Below are positions 62,479 to 64,000 of a stretch of DNA of 64,000 nt, piece after piece. The position numbers were made by a program, and so were the translations under genes. The stretch is from IMG/VR virus record IMGVR_UViG_3300033463_004542, positions 34,092 to 98,091 of that record. One strand, written 5' to 3'. The stretch comes from a virus. Lineage: Duplodnaviria; Caudoviricetes. Every line of letters starts with the position of its first letter. Within the stretch, counting starts at the first letter, position 1. The notes beneath the pieces were generated by a model. That model worked only from the letters and a program-made list of their open reading frames with translations, was not told the origin of the DNA and made no database searches.

Positions 62479-64000
62479 TACTTGAGAAATTTCTCAAGGT
62501 CTTCGTCAATAGAATATCTCTCAAAGAACTTTGACTCATCAAACAACGGGATGTCTAACTCTCTAGCGGCTTGAATTGCTAATCCGTCTATGTTCTCTTT
62601 AATATCTCCTACAACTACACAAGATACTTTCTTATCCATTGTTGTGACAACTGTAGCAGAGTAACTCTGAAGTATTGCTATAATATCTTCAGTACTTCCG
62701 TGTAAGAATTTACCTGTTATCATAACACGCTTATCTCTGAGTACTGGAGCACCATCAAACTTAATGAGTTTTCCATCGTTGTCAATTTCAATCTGTTCTG
62801 AATTGATTATTGTTTCAAGTTCAACAAGATTACGAGGTTCAGATATCCATCTCATGAATCTAGGAGGAACATCCATATCTAATTCTGTCTTAATTCTGAG
62901 AGGGCCTACAAGATAATACTTAAGAGTATCAAATGAATTATTGCACTTATTGCATAACTTGATGAGCCATTCTCTATTCAAGCCAACTTCACCTGAAACT
63001 ACAGCATATACTATTTCAGAAAGAGGCTTCTTTATCTTGACATCTTTATATTGAGGAAGTAATAAGAAATCAGGGAATATTGAAATATCTCCAGATTTTG
63101 TAACCTTATCAAACTCATCGGTAGATAATTCATCAATAGAAAGAATAGAACAGAATCTCTTTATCCTTGGATACATCCTCGAGATACAGAAGTCATCGCT
63201 ACAAGTCATTTGACCTGCTTCAGGTACATCTAATATCTTGTGACAAGTTGAACAAGTTATCTTAGTTGACAATCTGTCCTTATCAGTTGAATTTGCTGTA
63301 TCACTCCATATTACATGATAGCCATCGACAACTACTTGTGAATTCTTCTGAATGTTATATCTAACTGCTACAGGATAATCTAAAACAAGAGATTCGTCTC
63401 CATATTTAATACCATATTTGATATAACCATCATAATCAATGAGATTAACAGGCGTATCAGTAACTTTAAATGTCTTAAGGTTACATCTATGGAATCTTCC
63501 GATACTCTGACCTTCAAATATTATGAATCCTGAAATAAGAGGATATTCAAATGAGATATTGCTATTTCCTTTGATATATGTCTCTAACATGCTGTCAGTA
63601 GCATCAACAGGGACTGCCCAACAAGGAAGCGACTCAAATCCTACCATTTTTGTCCATCCCTGCATAGAGGAAGGAGTTATAGCCATTGCGCCACTCTCTA
63701 CATTTCCTACATAGAACTTATACTTAGGGCTACCAGAAATAATATCTGCTACAATTCTGTCAAACTCGCAGTCAGGGAGGATACCTTCAGGGCATTCTAT
63801 TTCATTTGAATAAAATACACCCCAAATATCTGTTGTGCCTCCATGAAGTTTGATAGTGTTAGGAACAAGTCCCTGCCTTACAAGTGCTTTCATGAAATCT
63901 TCACCGAGGTCTGTCTTATCCTCAAAGCCCTGATACACTTTATTAAGCATACCGTGAGCATCATAATGAAGAGTAACTAAGAGACCTGTTGGTACAATGT
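62478..64000 (-). CDS. Degenerate NAD-dependent DNA ligase-like protein with Zn finger and BRCT domain (5' end outside window)
   Basis: Frame stays open to the window end (IVPTGLLVTLHY); CSTC..C....C; C-terminal BRCT K.V.ITG.F...V.CVVVG...A.EL.I...E..F. Confidence 0.6.
   Translation of the reverse strand, partial: IVPTGLLVTLHYDAHGMLNKVYQGFEDKTDLGEDFMKALVRQGLVPNTIKLHGGTTDIWGVFYSNEIECPEGILPDCEFDRIVADIISGSPKYKFYVGNVESGAMAITPSSMQGWTKMVGFESLPCWAVPVDATDSMLETYIKGNSNISFEYPLISGFIIFEGQSIGRFHRCNLKTFKVTDTPVNLIDYDGYIKYGIKYGDESLVLDYPVAVRYNIQKNSQVVVDGYHVIWSDTANSTDKDRLSTKITCSTCHKILDVPEAGQMTCSDDFCISRMYPRIKRFCSILSIDELSTDEFDKVTKSGDISIFPDFLLLPQYKDVKIKKPLSEIVYAVVSGEVGLNREWLIKLCNKCNNSFDTLKYYLVGPLRIKTELDMDVPPRFMRWISEPRNLVELETIINSEQIEIDNDGKLIKFDGAPVLRDKRVMITGKFLHGSTEDIIAILQSYSATVVTTMDKKVSCVVVGDIKENIDGLAIQAARELDIPLFDESKFFERYSIDEDLEKFLK

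Noticed and set aside
753-63714. Numerous short + strand ORFs and nested alternative-frame minus ORFs in the track
   Set aside because: They are shadows of longer, motif-supported minus-strand genes and lack RBSs; only 56321..57136 was retained
1-64000. Stop-codon reassignment
   Set aside because: Long genes are intact under code 11 and TAA, TGA and TAG all end genes

Overview
This is a 64 kb AT-rich segment of a large contractile-tailed (myovirus-like, probably jumbo) phage genome. The host is most likely a Gram-positive Firmicute, inferred from strong GGAGG RBSs, RecU, an A118-type holin, BspA LRRs and an NlpC/P60 endolysin. Almost all genes are on the minus strand. Right to left the order is: degenerate LigA-like protein, portal, neck and terminator genes, holin-endolysin, degenerate homing endonuclease (the only convincing + strand gene), tail tube, endonuclease-methyltransferase fusion, about 12 kb of small orphan genes, tail sheath, an early-type module with a SNF2 helicase, tail chaperone with a probable frameshift, tape measure, baseplate, and branched tail fibre genes. 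The most striking signal is that about 20 otherwise unrelated proteins share a short basic N-terminal tag, M-K-x-Y-[IV]-[KRS]-[AS]-[small]. It is conserved as protein, not DNA, and its [IV]-x-[ASC] core recurs as internal linkers in one apparent polyprotein. I interpret this as a capsid-targeting and protease-cleavage address system for head-packaged, injected cargo proteins (inference). Other observations include two phage promoter classes (AACCTTnnAT and GAATCGTTATA), an RBS-occluding pseudoknot RNA, candidate anti-SD small RNAs, nested domain insertions and several pseudo-enzymes. All annotations come from visual motif recognition; no database searches were run.
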